DNA from: Octopus sinensis
Lineage: Eukaryota
NCBI RefSeq assembly: GCF_006345805.1
Contig: NC_043016.1
Span: forward strand, 19,096,001 to 19,160,000
Length of the DNA stretch: 64,000 bases
Direction of reading: 5' to 3'
Below the pieces are notes generated by a model. It was not told where the DNA came from, made no database searches, and was given only the letters and a program-made list of their open reading frames with translations. Shown piece after piece: positions 1-13,300 of this stretch. The stretch's first letter is position 1, and every line of letters starts with the position of its first letter. Made by a program: the position numbers and the translations under genes.

Positions 1-390
1 AGCAGTTAAGTTTTGATCTTTGTGTATCTTAAAATGTCTTTTGAAACCTCCTTTGGATTTGCAGACTTTATGGCATACACGGCATTGAAAACTGTGCAGA
101 GATATATTGGCTGAGTAGTTGGTGGAGGTTCGTTTTCATGCATCTGCAAATGAGATTTGAGCCCAGCAAAAGAGAGACACTCTTTCACAAATTATACACA
201 CAAATAGGTGGTTGAGATTCATTTTCTCGTTGAGCATAGCAGTTTTCTTTAAATTTCTTGATTTTCGCATGGGTCATCTTGGTTTCTTCAAAGCTTTCAC
301 TCTAATCTACACTTTTGCTCGATCCGAAGCAAAGGTTTCTATGGCCTTTGGATCCATTCGAAGTGACTTTATGTTAATCATTGTACAGTC
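1..390 (-). mobile_element. RTE-type LINE, degenerate 3' end of the ORF (C2H2-like tail)
   Basis: With frameshifts the minus strand reads ...ETFASDRAK...CIICE / KECLSFAGLKSHLQMHE. This resembles the post-RT CxxC...SxxGLxSHxxxH tail of RTE elements. Confidence 0.55.
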
Positions 391-394
391 CTTA

Positions 395-415
395 AACCTA
401 TTTATATATATATAT

Positions 416-459
<44 letters not shown>

Positions 460-486
460 TATATATAATATATATATATAATATAT
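395..486. repeat. (TA)n microsatellite
   Basis: Direct reading. Confidence 0.95.
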
Positions 487-644
487 GCAGAAGTGGCGTG
501 TAGTAAGTAGCTTGCTTACCAGCTACATGGTTCGGGTTCATTCCCACTGAGTAGCAATCCCGGCAAGTGTCTTCTACTATACCCTCGGGCCGACTAAAGC
601 ATTGTGAGTGGATTTGGTAGACGGAAACTGAAAGAAGTCCGTCG

Positions 645-723
<79 letters not shown>

Positions 724-934
724 TGTATGTATGTATTTTATGTGTCTGCGTTTGTTCCCCAACATCGCTTGACAACCGATGGTGGCGTGTCTACGTTCCC
801 GTAATCTAACGGTTAGGCAAAACAGACCGATAGAATAAGTAATAGGCTCGCAAAAAATACGTCCTGGGGTCGATTAGTTTGACTAAAGGCGGTGCTCGAG
901 CATGGCCGCATTCAAAAGACTGGAACAAATAAAA
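487..934 (+). mobile_element. Composite tRNA-derived SINE (head, internal (TA)/(TATG)n, tail)
   Basis: Head 487-644 has A/B-box-like GTGGCGTGTAGTAAG...GGTTCGGGTTCATTCC and ends in GAAACTGAAAGAAGTCCGTCG. Tail 742-934. The same modules recur at 12262-12605, 32600-32775 and 49165-49445. Confidence 0.85.
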
Positions 935-960
935 TACATATATATATGTATGTACGTATA

Positions 961-1000
<40 letters not shown>

Positions 1001-1171
1001 TCTTTTACTTGTTTCAGTCATCTGACTGCGGCCATGCTGGAGCACCGCCTTTAATCAAGCAACTTGACCCCGGGACTTATTCTTTTGTAAGCCTAGTACT
1101 TATTCTATCGGCCTCGTTTGCCGAACCGCTAAGTAACGGGGACATAAACACACCAGCATTGGTTGTCAAGC
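1001..1171 (-). mobile_element. SINE tail, inverted relative to 765-934
   Basis: Reverse complement of the tail module (GCGGCCATGCTGGAGCACCGCCTTTA...GGTTGTCAAGC). Confidence 0.85.
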
Positions 1172-1559
1172 TCGATTTGATTACCAAGAGACTCACACTT
1201 ATGTGTTGACCTTGTGTCAGTGGTCTAAATAGTAATTTGTTTCTATAACGCTAATAGCAATTGCCTTTGTAGACTGTTTCCACTAGACACTAACCGAATG
1301 TTCAGGCTGAGCGTGAGCTGCAACGATCTTTCAAGATTATGATTAACTCAAACGTCATGGCTGATACTCTACCCTTTTTTAATGACTTATTTAAAAGGTA
1401 CCACATAAAAGGATGATCTGGAAATATCTTATCCTCTGCAGCTCGATGTTTGTGTAGAGATCATTCCGGAAGGATACATTTCTGGGAAAATAATTATATA
1501 ACTAATGTTATATGACGTCACGGTCAGTATACTGACTTATTGACTCTTAATTATATATC

Positions 1560-1800
1560 TGCATTATCTTTAAGACCATGGTATGTTATAAAAGACTTTT
1601 CGATAATCAATTTGTGTCATACTTCTATATTTTCTGGTCTGTATCTATCTTCAGTAATTACCTGCTCTGCCATCCATATATCCATCCGTTCTTTCATTCT
1701 TTCTCATTTGATGCTTCCTGGAATGTACCAAAGTGATATACCATTAGCCAACATATTAGTAGGCAGCATGTTCTTGATTACAGATGTCAGTGTTTGATAT
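1560..1800 (-). mobile_element. Highly degenerate REL-LINE RT fragment
   Basis: Minus-strand peptides TSVIKNML...EQVITED...IDYRKVFYNIPWS resemble RT motif A (IDYxKAFDxVPHS), with frameshifts. Confidence 0.4.
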
Positions 1801-3289
1801 ATTATTGATGAGAAAGTTTTTCTAAATAATTTTACTGACCTCATTTATTTATTTATTTATTTATTTATTGGTTGGTTGGTTGGTTGGTTGGTTGGTTGAT
1901 TGGTTGATTACTTGGATTACGATGTCTATTTTGGGTCTGATTTTATTAATATTCCATTGAAAAGCATCACGTGAGTGTAAATATTTTGTCAAAAAGTTTA
2001 TGATTTCATCCTATTTGGAGTTTTCTGTTCTATACAAAATTTCATCGCAGACAATTTTACATCTTTTGTGATGGTTTCTGTTCTGATTCTGTTGTGGTTA
2101 TTTTATTTTATTAATTTTCCGTTTTCCTTTTTGTTCTATTTCCATTTTTTCAATGTTCATCGTTTCTCCAAAAGTAATATGATGGCAACAGTGTATTTGC
2201 TGAAGTTTTAGTATTAGTAAAAAATACATGATTCTGTTACTTGTGAAACCGTACATCTTGCTTTATTTTTAGGAGCTCAACTCCCCTTAGTTTATTCATT
2301 TACAATACCACCTTGCTAATCTAACCTACTAACAGCGTTACCCTGCTGTCTTACTATACTATATTAAAGCCACTTTACATGAAATTAACCCGCACATTAT
2401 CATTATTTTAGAATTGTACTTTATGATTATTTTGTTCGAACAAACAAGGGCCAAAGCCTTTCATTATTAGTTGAACCTCGCAGCAGGGTAAAAAGTTTTC
2501 TAAAGCGCAATCGATGGTTTCATCCTTACCAAACAAACTCTCCCTAATTCCAATGAACAATCATGACGAAAAACATTATGCATGTTCCTGAACACGTCCA
2601 ACTAGATTGAGGAATGTGTCACTATACGAGTTCTATTCAATTTCATTTTTCCTGTAAACAATGATCTATATATAATTTTTTTTTTTAAATTCACATTGGC
2701 TTAAATTCCTTAGATATGTATTGAGCTGTAAGATATTACAATACCGAAACGTGTCTACAAATGAAAGACAAAAGAAACAATAAAGCAGTATAAATTTGAA
2801 CCCACACATTATATTTTGCTGAGGAGGGATTTTTTTCTGTTTAGCTTTCACTTTTCAATACCTTTAATTTTGTTCCATTCATTTCAAATTTTATGTAATG
2901 TTGCAGTTTTGTGTGCTACGGAACTGAAATTCATTTTTGCCATACATTAATAAATATGCTTTTAAAGTTTGAAAATTTGGGGTATTTTAGCGAAACGAAA
3001 GCCACAGACACATTGGTTCCTGTTCCTATAGTAACAAGCCAAGCGGCTGCCTGCTTAAAACTACCACCACAACGTACCTATATTCAGAACTTTCGTTTTT
3101 GAATTTTTGCTTTAAAAAAATGTATTGTTTGTTTGTTTGTTTTTTACAAATTTACTAAATTGATGTAATTTTTCACGCTGAGTCTAATTTCATTATTCAT
3201 TTATTCCAGAAAAATTTTAGAAAATGTTCACTAAAAATGTTACTTATTGATTAACCCCCAGATCGTTCACTAGTTGAACTGACCTTAAC

Positions 3290-3470
3290 GCCAACCCTAA
3301 GTCTTCAGTCTAACTCTAAACCTTAATTCTAATCCTAACCCATAACTCAAGCCTAAACTTTAATTCTAGCCCTAAACCTTAACTTTAAACCTAAACCCTA
3401 ATTCCAACCCTATACTCTTATTCTAACCCTAATCCTAAATCCCAACCCTAAACCTTATGTTTAGCCTTAA
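3290..3470. repeat. Degenerate telomere-like (CCCTAA/CCTAAA) array
   Basis: Multiple AACCCTAA, AAACCTTAA and AATCCTAA units. Confidence 0.6.
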
Positions 3471-4640
3471 AACTCGTTAAATTTTTGCTATCAATTGTTT
3501 ACGTGAACTGAACTACAGTAGTATAACGTAGTTTGTTTTTGTTTTGTTTTTATACATTTTGTAATTTTCGCAGAAAAATTATATCATTGAACATTTTTTC
3601 CTTTTCATTTTGCCTGTTCTGCCATTTCACTTGATTTCATTCATTTAAACTTATTAAAACTTCAAAACTTCGTACAACTTACGCCGTAGAAATATATTGC
3701 TTTCGTTTTGCTTAGTTAAAAGTTATCACGCCGAAATTACCACCAGCTTTCAAATCCAATTTTTCCGATTAGGTAGAAATAATCAAACTTTAAATAACTG
3801 TAACATTTTTCTAAAATTTTTCTAGAAGTTAAGAGCTGTATCAGACTCAGTGTGAAAAATTACATCAATATACCAAATTTGAAATTTTTCACTTAGTTAT
3901 AAAATTTCAAAAAGTGGAAGCTGAACTGAAGAGGTTCCAGAAGAGATTAGTATAAATTGTGAGAGAATATATCTTTTTGTTAACAACAATACACTAAGCA
4001 TTATATGGATTCGAACCCTATGTTTTGCATTGGACAATAAACAATTTTACTTCCCCCACCACGACAAAAAATAAATAAGTAACCAAAAGAAAAATTAAGT
4101 ATCCTGCTTGAGGGGAAAACAGTAAGGCGAAGGGAAATGATATGATATGGGAATGATAAAGAAAATTGTTACATTAATGAAAGGAAATATGTTGGGTTTT
4201 TATGATGCATTGTTGTTATTCGGTGATGTATTTAGATGTGTTGGGCGCTTTGTATTTCTATTTGTATGTGCATGGATTTATGCTGAGTTGTTCCTGCCTT
4301 TCGTTCTTTCCTAATGTCACAATCGTTACAGCGTGTTGTCTTAAGCTGTAGTGGTGCAATATATGTCGATAACTTTTTTTGCGTTGGTCGTTTCGCCGTT
4401 GTATCTATGTTCCATATTGTGTGTTCCAGTTGCATGTCGCTGGTTGTCGTTATATGCAATATCATTAAACGTACTCCAGGCAATGTAGGCAAAACATTAA
4501 TATTCTTTGTCCCAGTCACATTATTTCTGCTTGATTTCATGTATTTCATGGTATATTTATCATAGCTTTGTGATCGACATACTTGATGTCTTCCAACCGC
4601 ATAAACCTATCAGCTTATGTACAAATCTCTTTCTCTCTCC

Positions 4641-4836
<196 letters not shown>

Positions 4837-6065
4837 AGTCATTATGTTACATTTCTGAAACTACCATATGTGTTTAGCATTAAGAACACTTTCCTAAGAT
4901 ATTTTCCGAGGTCCTTATTGCAATTAGTGTAACTACTTTCCCTGTTTCTGCATATAACTGGTCATCTCTAACGAACTGAGATGAACAACATCTCCATTGC
5001 TGCTATTGGTCGGCTTTAAAGACCAGATACACTCTTGACTATACTGTCTTCATTTTCCAGAGATTAGCTGATATCATTGAAGTAATTTCACTTCCTTGCT
5101 ATTTCTAGATTTTAGACATCCCTAGATGATATCATTATCTTTCACTTGCAAGAGCAATCGATGTTCTGCAACTCACTATACTTTATATGTTGCACCCTTG
5201 TTACGTGTTCCTCTATTTGGCTATCCGTTGATCTATCTATCTTAATTACTAGTTTATTACGGATTGCACTCAGATGTCTGCAGTTGTTTACCATCAATGC
5301 AATGTTATCGATGGTATTTCAACTATAGCATTTTGAAGAGATTAACGGCGGGAAAAAATCGATGACGTTCTCTGGAGGACCGTTGGCGTGCAGGTATATG
5401 AACTGAACAACCTATCCCTCAGAATTTAGCCCATCGTCTATGGACATCTTCAAGAAATTCTATCGTTGCATTACAACGAAATAGGAATGATGGTACGGGA
5501 TAAACTTGTCAGACAAAAAGTACCGGCAGTTAAGCTTATCCAAAACGCAATTCGAAAGTCGAAACATTTCTACTCGGATATGCTGTGTCCGAGCACCATT
5601 GACTTGTAAAATAGTTTGGAGCAAATGTTGTCATATGTAGGACGGACTTGGCTACCATTGAAGTATAGGAAAAGGATCTTCTCTCTGCTTTCAGCGAATT
5701 GTACCAAAAGAATCTTGTCTTTCCTTTCCTTTGTTCATGTTGTACCCTATCTAGTTCTTCATTTCTAGGCATTTGTATATCTGGGTTTGGTTTAGTCCTC
5801 TTATACCATTTTTCTTTTTTTTTGTTTTTCTTTTATTGTATAGTATGATATTGTTATTCTTAATTAGTTGCATATATCATTTCATTTAGCCTAATCATAT
5901 TGATATTTGCCTCTGAATTATGTCTTTGATAGCCAAATTTAAGTGGGTTTTTTTTATTGTTTTTGCTGTCATATTAAGTCTAATTTTTGTAGTGTACATT
6001 CGCTTTCACACTAAATTCTTCTATGCCTTTTAATTCTTCGCTTATACTCACTTTATATCAGGGTT

Positions 6066-6176
6066 TATTATTTTATTGTTGTTGTTGTTGTTGTTGCTGC
6101 TGCTGCTGTTGTTGTTGTTATTATTATTGTTGTTGTTGTTGTTATTATTATCATTATTATTATTGTTATTATTATT
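6066..6176. repeat. (ATT)/(GTT)n triplet microsatellite
   Basis: Direct reading. It equals (AAT)n on the minus strand and abuts the 557-bp element. Confidence 0.95.
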
Positions 6177-6694
6177 GAGTGAGAGAGCAGTGCATGCCAT
6201 CAAAGTAACACTGGGGTAAAATATACGAAGCCCAGTATACCCATCATGACTACCCATCTGATAAGGGTACACCAGGCACATGCGTCACAACCATATGTGC
6301 GCGACATGGTGATCTCATATCAAGATAAACAGCACATGACCTTGCAGGTGGGACCCAGTTACAATTTTCTTCAGATCGAGTAACTCATCCCGCTCAAAAG
6401 GTCCCTGAATAAGACTTGTTTTAAGGATTATGAACAAAACACCCGTGTTTCCACGGGTGAATTATTCAAACCTCAAAGACTTCCTCTCAACACATGGCTA
6501 TGATGCTCCCCCACTACTTCTGCTTATGATCAGAGATGCACATATCGTCAGCCACTAAGGGACATGCTCAACTAGTTAAGGGCAAATAACTGATAAGCAA
6601 ATCAGTGGTATTGAGCAGAATATTTGCTGTATCCCATCATTTATACCAAGATAAAAAAAAGTACATGATAACATTTCCAATCAGTTAAGATCAG
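6177..6694 (-). mobile_element. 557-bp non-coding (AAT)n-associated element, copy 1 (5'-truncated by ~40 nt)
   Basis: Reverse complement of 26728-27284. The minus strand ends ...CTGCTCTCTCACTC followed by (AAT)n. Confidence 0.85.
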
Positions 6695-8785
6695 TTGCCT
6701 TAGTACCGAGCAACTTCCAGAAGCCAAGAGTAGCAAGGGCACTGTTGTTTTACTATGCAGGCTAAAATTATCACCATATTATTCTATTTTAGATGAGGAG
6801 TGCTTTCCGTAGTATATAGGCCGTACCCATCAAAGTTATCTTTTGTAGTTCACGGAGATTGGAGTTAACAGGGAGTTGCTTAATATACTTCTCAGCTCCC
6901 TTCTTTATCATTCCCAACGCACCAGTTACCACTGGTATTATTGTAGTACTCAGCTTCTGTATGTTTGTGATTTCAACTTGCAGATCTTTATAGTGAGAAA
7001 GCTTTTCGTATTCCTTTCTTGAGATATTTTGATCATGTGGGACAGACATATCTATTAACAGATTAGTTCCTATGTTGTAGGCCTTGATCACAATTTCAGA
7101 TCGATTAGAGTCAATTTTTCTCTCTGTTTGTATTGGGAAGTTCCAAAAGATGGTGATGGCCTCGATATTACTACATCCTTTGGAATGTACCTACACCACT
7201 TATCATTTAATTTTGTAGTATTTACAAGCATTCCAGTGGATGTACAACCCTAGTCTGTCATGTCTTATGAGATACTACTTTTCAGCGAGTACTGGGCAGC
7301 TAGAAAAAACATGATCAATAGTCTCAGTGATTTTTTTGGAAATTCTGCACGAGGGGTCAGATTCATCTTTAAGAAGGTTTGCATGGTATTTTCTGGTAGG
7401 TACGCTCTGACCGTGCGCTGCAATAACAAAACCTTCAGTTTCCTCTTTCAGACCTGTCCGTTGTAGCCATTGGTGTGTTAGATTTTGATCAATATCTGGC
7501 TTGGACAGACGGTTAGGGTATTTTCCATGGGGTTTACCTTTCCTGTTGTCTTCGATATTATTCATGCAAGCCTTCTTTGCTTTTTGTTTGACGGTTTTTG
7601 CATCAATGATGCGTTTGTCACTATTTGGATCTCTTTGGCCTTTTTGATTGTTAATTGTTAATTGTTAATGTTCACCTGTGTGTTATTGATTTGCTGTGCT
7701 ATTCTATTTATTTCTGAGCTGGATAGCTGTGTAGAGATTTAACTTTGATGTAGCCTGTTATTTACCCTTTGTTATGTTATCTCTATTGTGTTCCCTCCTT
7801 TCTTTTGTGGTGTCTTATGCGTTTTCGGAGATATGTCTAATGTACTGTTTTTCCCTGATTGCGTCCCATTGTTTTGAGTTGTGATGTGTTTTATTTTTCG
7901 TTTTTGGATTTGGTTTGCAAGATTATTTATTCGAGTTCGTGTGTTGAAGCATATTCTGTTGTGTCTGGGGAGAGTCATTTTCTTTTTGTGCCTTATAATG
8001 TAACACACTCACCTGTAAAATTTCCACTTATTCCTTATTTTTATTTTCCTAAAATTTTCGTTGCGTCTTGCAACCATTTCAATAGCTTTATTTTATTTTC
8101 CATGTGTATTTTATCTATTAGTTTGTCTATTTCGGTTTGGGGCACTTTTCCCTTTCGTAGGATATATCCCCGGATATTCTCAAGAGTATTCTCCGAAACA
8201 TTTCCGCTTCTATCAGTATTTCTTCTTCTCCATATTTGCTATGTTTCTCTTGTTATTTCTGTGTTTCCCAGGTACAGTTTTGCAGTTCCTTTTTAGTTTT
8301 GTTTATCGCTTGGGCAGTGACAATAGGAGAGGGGTCTACCTGTTTAGAGTTACCTCTTTGGCAGAACTTCGTCTCTGGTTGTGTGCAATTGTTGTTTTCG
8401 TAACTGAGCGCCTCAAACTCATAGATAAAAATTCGCCTTTATTTGTTTTCGAAGTTTTGTTATCAAGCATATCTTTTTTCTCTCTATTTAAAATGCGACG
8501 TATTGCATTTTATAACTATGGTTATCATTATTTATCTCGTTTAATTTGTTTAAACACTGTGTGTTATACGTTGTCTTCTTCATATACGAAATGTACGATT
8601 GCTTGTGTGAACAATGTTAGCATTACATTTATGTGTATTTATGTAGAAATGAGACTGCATATACGATCATTATTTGTACTCACAGTTTTTCCTGTCTCTT
8701 TTTCTATAGCGACACCGCATCCTCGCGCATTGTTTCAATTCTTCTATGGGCAAATCGCATCTCCGCGTGTGGTTTATATTTTCAC
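6695..8785 (-). mobile_element. Internally deleted R4/Dong-clade LINE (N-terminus plus REL endonuclease, RT missing)
   Basis: 6789-7091 reads LLIDMSVP..KYKDL-like/IIPVVTGALG. 7275-7565 reads QWLQRTGLKEETEGF..CRI..ETIDHVFSSCP. Around 8100-8250 the minus strand reads ENTLENIRGYILRKGKVPQTEIDKL, homologous to the N-terminus of the 16.2 kb copy. No RT motifs lie between these parts. Confidence 0.75.
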
Positions 8786-8791
8786 GCACGT

Positions 8792-9024
8792 AGGCGGCGA
8801 GCTGGCAGAAACGTTAGCACGCCGGGCGAAATGCGCAGCCGTATTTCGTCTACCGTTGAGTTCTGAGTTCAAATTCCGCCGAGGTCGACTTTGCCTTTCA
8901 TCCTTTCGAGGTCGATAAATTAAATACCAGTTACGCACTTGGGTGGATGTAATAGGCTTAATCCGTTTGTCTGTCCTTGTTTGTCCTCGCTGTGTTTAGC
9001 CCCTGGTGGGTAGTAAAGAAATAT
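8792..9024 (+). mobile_element. tRNA-derived CORE-like SINE
   Basis: GGCGAGCTGGCAGAAACGTTAGCACGCCGGGC...GAGTTCAAATTCCGCCGAGGTCGACTTTGCCTTTCATCCTTTCG. Further copies at 37591, 50820, 58400 and 60310. Confidence 0.85.
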
Positions 9025-9151
9025 ATTTTCTCACACACGTGTTTTTCTATGACAACGGACCCGACAGCAATTCTGTTTCATATACGAGATAAATATTTCG
9101 ACGTCCTGAAATGATTTACACTAAGAAATCATTTTCTTTCATATGTTTTGC

Positions 9152-9204
<53 letters not shown>

Positions 9205-10073
9205 AGGCAGTAAACTGACAAAATCCTTTGCAGTATTTCCTACAGCGAGTATTGAACACAGAACAGAAAAGGATGCAACTGAATTCTATTCTATTGCTTC
9301 TGCCAATCCACAATCCTTGTGCTTAGAGGATACAGTTATTAGAGATTCGAACAATAAATAGCTAAGACAAATTCTGTTATTGCTGCTTCCGCTGTCGCAG
9401 CACCTAAGTCATCTCTGATATAGGTAAACTATGATCAAAAGTGTTTCAGGCATGACCAAAATGTTCCCTTTTTATTTAACTGAATAACTATATCTGATGT
9501 TTCCATCTTTTTTTTTTTTACATACATATTATATAAGTCGGTAAAGTGGAATCAAAAATAAATTTGGCTGTTATTTTTCAACGAACCCAGAAAACAACAT
9601 AATCGCTGGTGAGACAAGAACTGATCAAATGATGTAGTTGTTGAAAGAAACGGAAACTTGAATAACGGAATGAAAGTGAAAGTAGGATTTTTCGTAATAA
9701 TACATGAGAGGAGTGTACAGAACTACACAGAAAGACAAAAGCGTGCAACGTTATTGTCGTTGCTGGTATTATTGTCGTTAGTTTTAGCAAACCGTTGTGG
9801 TTATTGCTGTTATTTTTAAAACTATGTCAGCCTCAATCAAGAAGACCTATGAACGAAAGCTTTCTTGCCATGACACCACAACTTTTTAGAAGATATGTCT
9901 AGAACTACACAACTTACTGCCATTGGAAATTGGCAGCTATTTGTCGCAGGTCAGGTCATTCTCTAAATATTTGCAGTCGACATTGTTCGTGTTGTTGACG
10001 ATACTGTTGTTGATGTTACTGTTGTTCCCACCATTGTTCTTCATGACGTTAATGTTCGTTTTCTTTAGATTGC

Positions 10074-10110
<37 letters not shown>

Positions 10111-10284
10111 GCTGCTGCAGTTTTGCTTTTGGTTTGATATTGTCATTGTCATTTGCTCATCATTTAAATGGCCTAAAATTTTGATTAGTGGAAAATTTAA
10201 ATTATAGAATATTTCAATAATAAGCCCCTTCTCTGCTCTATTCTTTCAAACTAGAGCAGAGAAGGGGTAAGAGTAGGAAGGAAA

Positions 10285-10331
10285 GAAAGAAAGGAAGGAA
10301 GGAAGGAAGGAAGGAAGGAAGGAAGGAAGGA
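10285..10331. repeat. (GGAA)n microsatellite
   Basis: Direct reading. Confidence 0.9.
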
Positions 10332-10599
10332 AATGTATGTAGGGATAAGAATATTTGGTTCTCAATGCATAGGTTTTGTTCGATTTTTTTATGACATTAG
10401 TCCAGTATGTCACATTATTTATTACTTCCGTCATAGGCAGGCAAACATCTGAGATTGCCATCTCAACTTGCTATTTGTAACATCTGGTTTCTATCAAAGA
10501 GTAAAATGATGTCTACTATTATGTTCATTTCAAATCGCCGCTTTGCTTTTAAAAACAACCTTCACCACCACCAACCCCCTCTATTATCAGTTCTTTCTT

Positions 10600-10990
10600 T
10601 CTCTTTCTCCCTCATCGTTCTCTCTCGCTCCTCTCTCCACTTCACTTTCTCAGTCTCTCTCTTTCTCTCATTTTCTTTCTATCTCTCTCTCTCTCACTCT
10701 CTCTATCTTTCTCTCTCTTTCTTTCTCTCTCTTTCTTTCTCTCTCTTTCTCTCTCTCTCTCTCCCTCTCTCTCGCTCTCTCTCTCTTTCTCTCTCTCTCT
10801 CTCCCTATATTTCTGCTTCCAGCATCCATTCTTCATAACACAGTCTCCTCTGCTACTTCATTCTTTCTTTCAGAATATATCTCCCTTTGTCCACCTTCTG
10901 ACTGACTCTCCGTCAGTCAAACTGTTTATCTCCCTCTCCTCCTCTCTCTCTCCCTCTCCCTCTCCTTCTCTTCCTCTCTCATTTCTTATC
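10600..10990. repeat. CT-rich low-complexity polypyrimidine tract
   Basis: Direct reading. Confidence 0.9.
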
Positions 10991-11351
10991 TCAATAACTG
11001 GTTCTCTTCCCATTTTACTTTAGCGAACACCAACTCCCACCCTGTGTGTCTTCCTTCCATCCAAACGGGAAAAAGAATGAGGAAAGGAAAGAATGGCAAA
11101 TATGTATGTAAAGCACCATACCATCAACAACAACAACAACAACAACAACAACAGCAAAAGCAGCAGCCACAACAATCGTAGCAACTACACTATTAACGTT
11201 AATCATAACATTAAGAAGTGATCAATTGTTTGCTGCTCCCCATCATCCTATTGCTCCTTATCTTCCGGTGCTACTGTTATTACAAGTGCCATTTTTGTTT
11301 GAAACATGTTTGGGTGAATGTGTATGTGCATATACGCGTACGCAGTCGCGA

Positions 11352-11371
11352 GATAGATGGATGGATGGATG

Positions 11372-11462
<91 letters not shown>

Positions 11463-11545
11463 GATAGATTTTTGCATGTGTTCCTATCTACCACGTATAT
11501 ATACATACATACATACATACATACATACATACATACATACATACA

Positions 11546-11578
<33 letters not shown>

Positions 11579-11588
11579 CTATCTATCT
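11352..11588. repeat. (GATG)/(GATA)n and (TACA)n microsatellites
   Basis: Direct reading. Confidence 0.95.
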
Positions 11589-11619
11589 CGCGAGTGTGTA
11601 CGCGTATACGCACATACAC

Positions 11620-12190
11620 TAGCACCTACATTGCTAGAAATAAGGGTGAAAATACTCTTAATGCTGTAGGAGGACCACAGAATGTATACACACTTGCTGA
11701 CAATGGAGGCAACCGCCCCGTGACCAACTCGAGGATCCTCAAGCTACATCTACTTTTGCCTGTGACTGTAGGCATCGTCGGTGAGAACTGCTTGTACGAG
11801 GTATATTTGGATAATTCCCTTTGCCAGAATACATGATATATATGACGCCTGCTAGATAAGTTAAATTCGTCTAAAGTCGTAAGACACCTGCTGTTGTCCT
11901 GTTATTACCATTCTTGTTTTTATTTTTGTTTTTGTTTTTTGTATTTATATTCGTGTGGCTTCGTCCGTTTTTCTGTCCTTGTTTCGTTTACATTCGATCC
12001 TTTTTCCAAGAAATCTAATGCTCGCAGCTTAGTTTTTCATTGGGGCTGGCCGTTTCGGAGCAATACCAGGATTAATCAGCCGAAATTTGCTATGATGATC
12101 CGGTTCCTGACTGAAGATTAAAGGCTTCGAATGACCCGTCCGTTTTTTGTGTTCGTCCCTTTGTGTATTTCACGTTCTTGACCCTTTTTA
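11620..12190 (+). mobile_element. Probable Penelope-like 3' remnant / pLTR-like repeat
   Basis: Weak C-terminal TNSR...CRHRR-like peptide, followed by a non-coding segment with a CTGACTGAAG..CTTCGAA hammerhead-like vestige at about 12107-12132. Confidence 0.35.
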
Positions 12191-12207
12191 TATATAATTT
12201 TTATACC

Positions 12208-12260
<53 letters not shown>

Positions 12261-12261
12261 A

Positions 12262-12605
12262 TATATATATTCTTTTATTCTTTTACTTCTTTCAGTCATT
12301 TTACTGCGACCATGCTGGAGCACCACCTTTTAGCCGAACAAACCAACACCAGGACTTATTTTTTAAGGCTAGAAGTTATTCTATCGGTTCTTTGGCCGAA
12401 CTGTTAAGTTACGGGTACGGAAACATGACAACATCGGTTGTCAAACGAACTCAAAGACACAAAACACACACGCACACAGATACATGTATACACACACACG
12501 CACACACACACACACATATATACATTTCTATATATACTACGGTCTTCTTTCAGTTTCCGTGTACCAAATCCACTCACTCGGCTTGCTGCATGGGACTGAA
12601 GCCGG
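12262..12605 (-). mobile_element. Composite SINE (tail 12262-12445, head 12535-12605), minus strand
   Basis: Reverse complement of the modules at 487-934. Confidence 0.8.
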
Positions 12606-12624
12606 AAACATATATATATACATT

Positions 12625-13300
12625 GAAAATATATATAGAGGAGAGAAATTAGAGAAATTTTCTGCCAGTGGCTAGCATGCATAAAATAGTCAATAGACAA
12701 CATATTATTCATATAAAATTAGTGTACATTTATACACAAAAGAGTGACCTTAACAGGATACGTTACATGCTAAAAGGAGCAGTGAAAGCCCAAACCACAG
12801 TTAAGAGTAATTCCGAAGTGAATGAAAAATAAGAACATTTTCAATAGTTACCACTTGTACCTAGGTTTTGAACATTAATAAACAAATAAAATAATTTTTT
12901 ATCTGCGTTCTCATCAGTAAGGTCGCTAAAATTAACGTATAATTATGAGACAAATAGACAGCACATGTCTCATCTTTATACATTATAATTTTTCAAATCC
13001 ATCGCGCAAACGCTTTTTAAAACGGCAATGAATAAAAATATATTTGCCGACTTTCTTAAAAATTACGAAAATCATATTAAGAAAATATATATATAGGGTA
13101 GGAAACTTAGAGAAATTGTCTACCAGTGGCTAGCTTGCATAAATAGTGAATAGACAACATATTATCCATATAAAGTTAGTGTACATTTATACAGAAAAGA
13201 GGTGATCCTAACAGGACACCTTACATGCTAAAAGGATCAGTCAAAGTACAAACCATAGTTAAGAGTAATTTCGAAAAGGATGAAAAATAAAAACATTTTC
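12625..13300. repeat. ~215-bp diverged direct repeat (12625-12842 / 13081-13300)
   Basis: Both copies contain CCAGTGGCTAGC..TAGACAACATATTAT..GTGTACATTTATACA..CATGCTAAAAGGA..GTTAAGAGTAATT. Confidence 0.85.

Noticed and set aside
8061-8918. 285-aa ORF
   Set aside because: It is antisense to the R4/Dong 5' region and ends in a SINE. The composition reflects the A-rich opposite strand.
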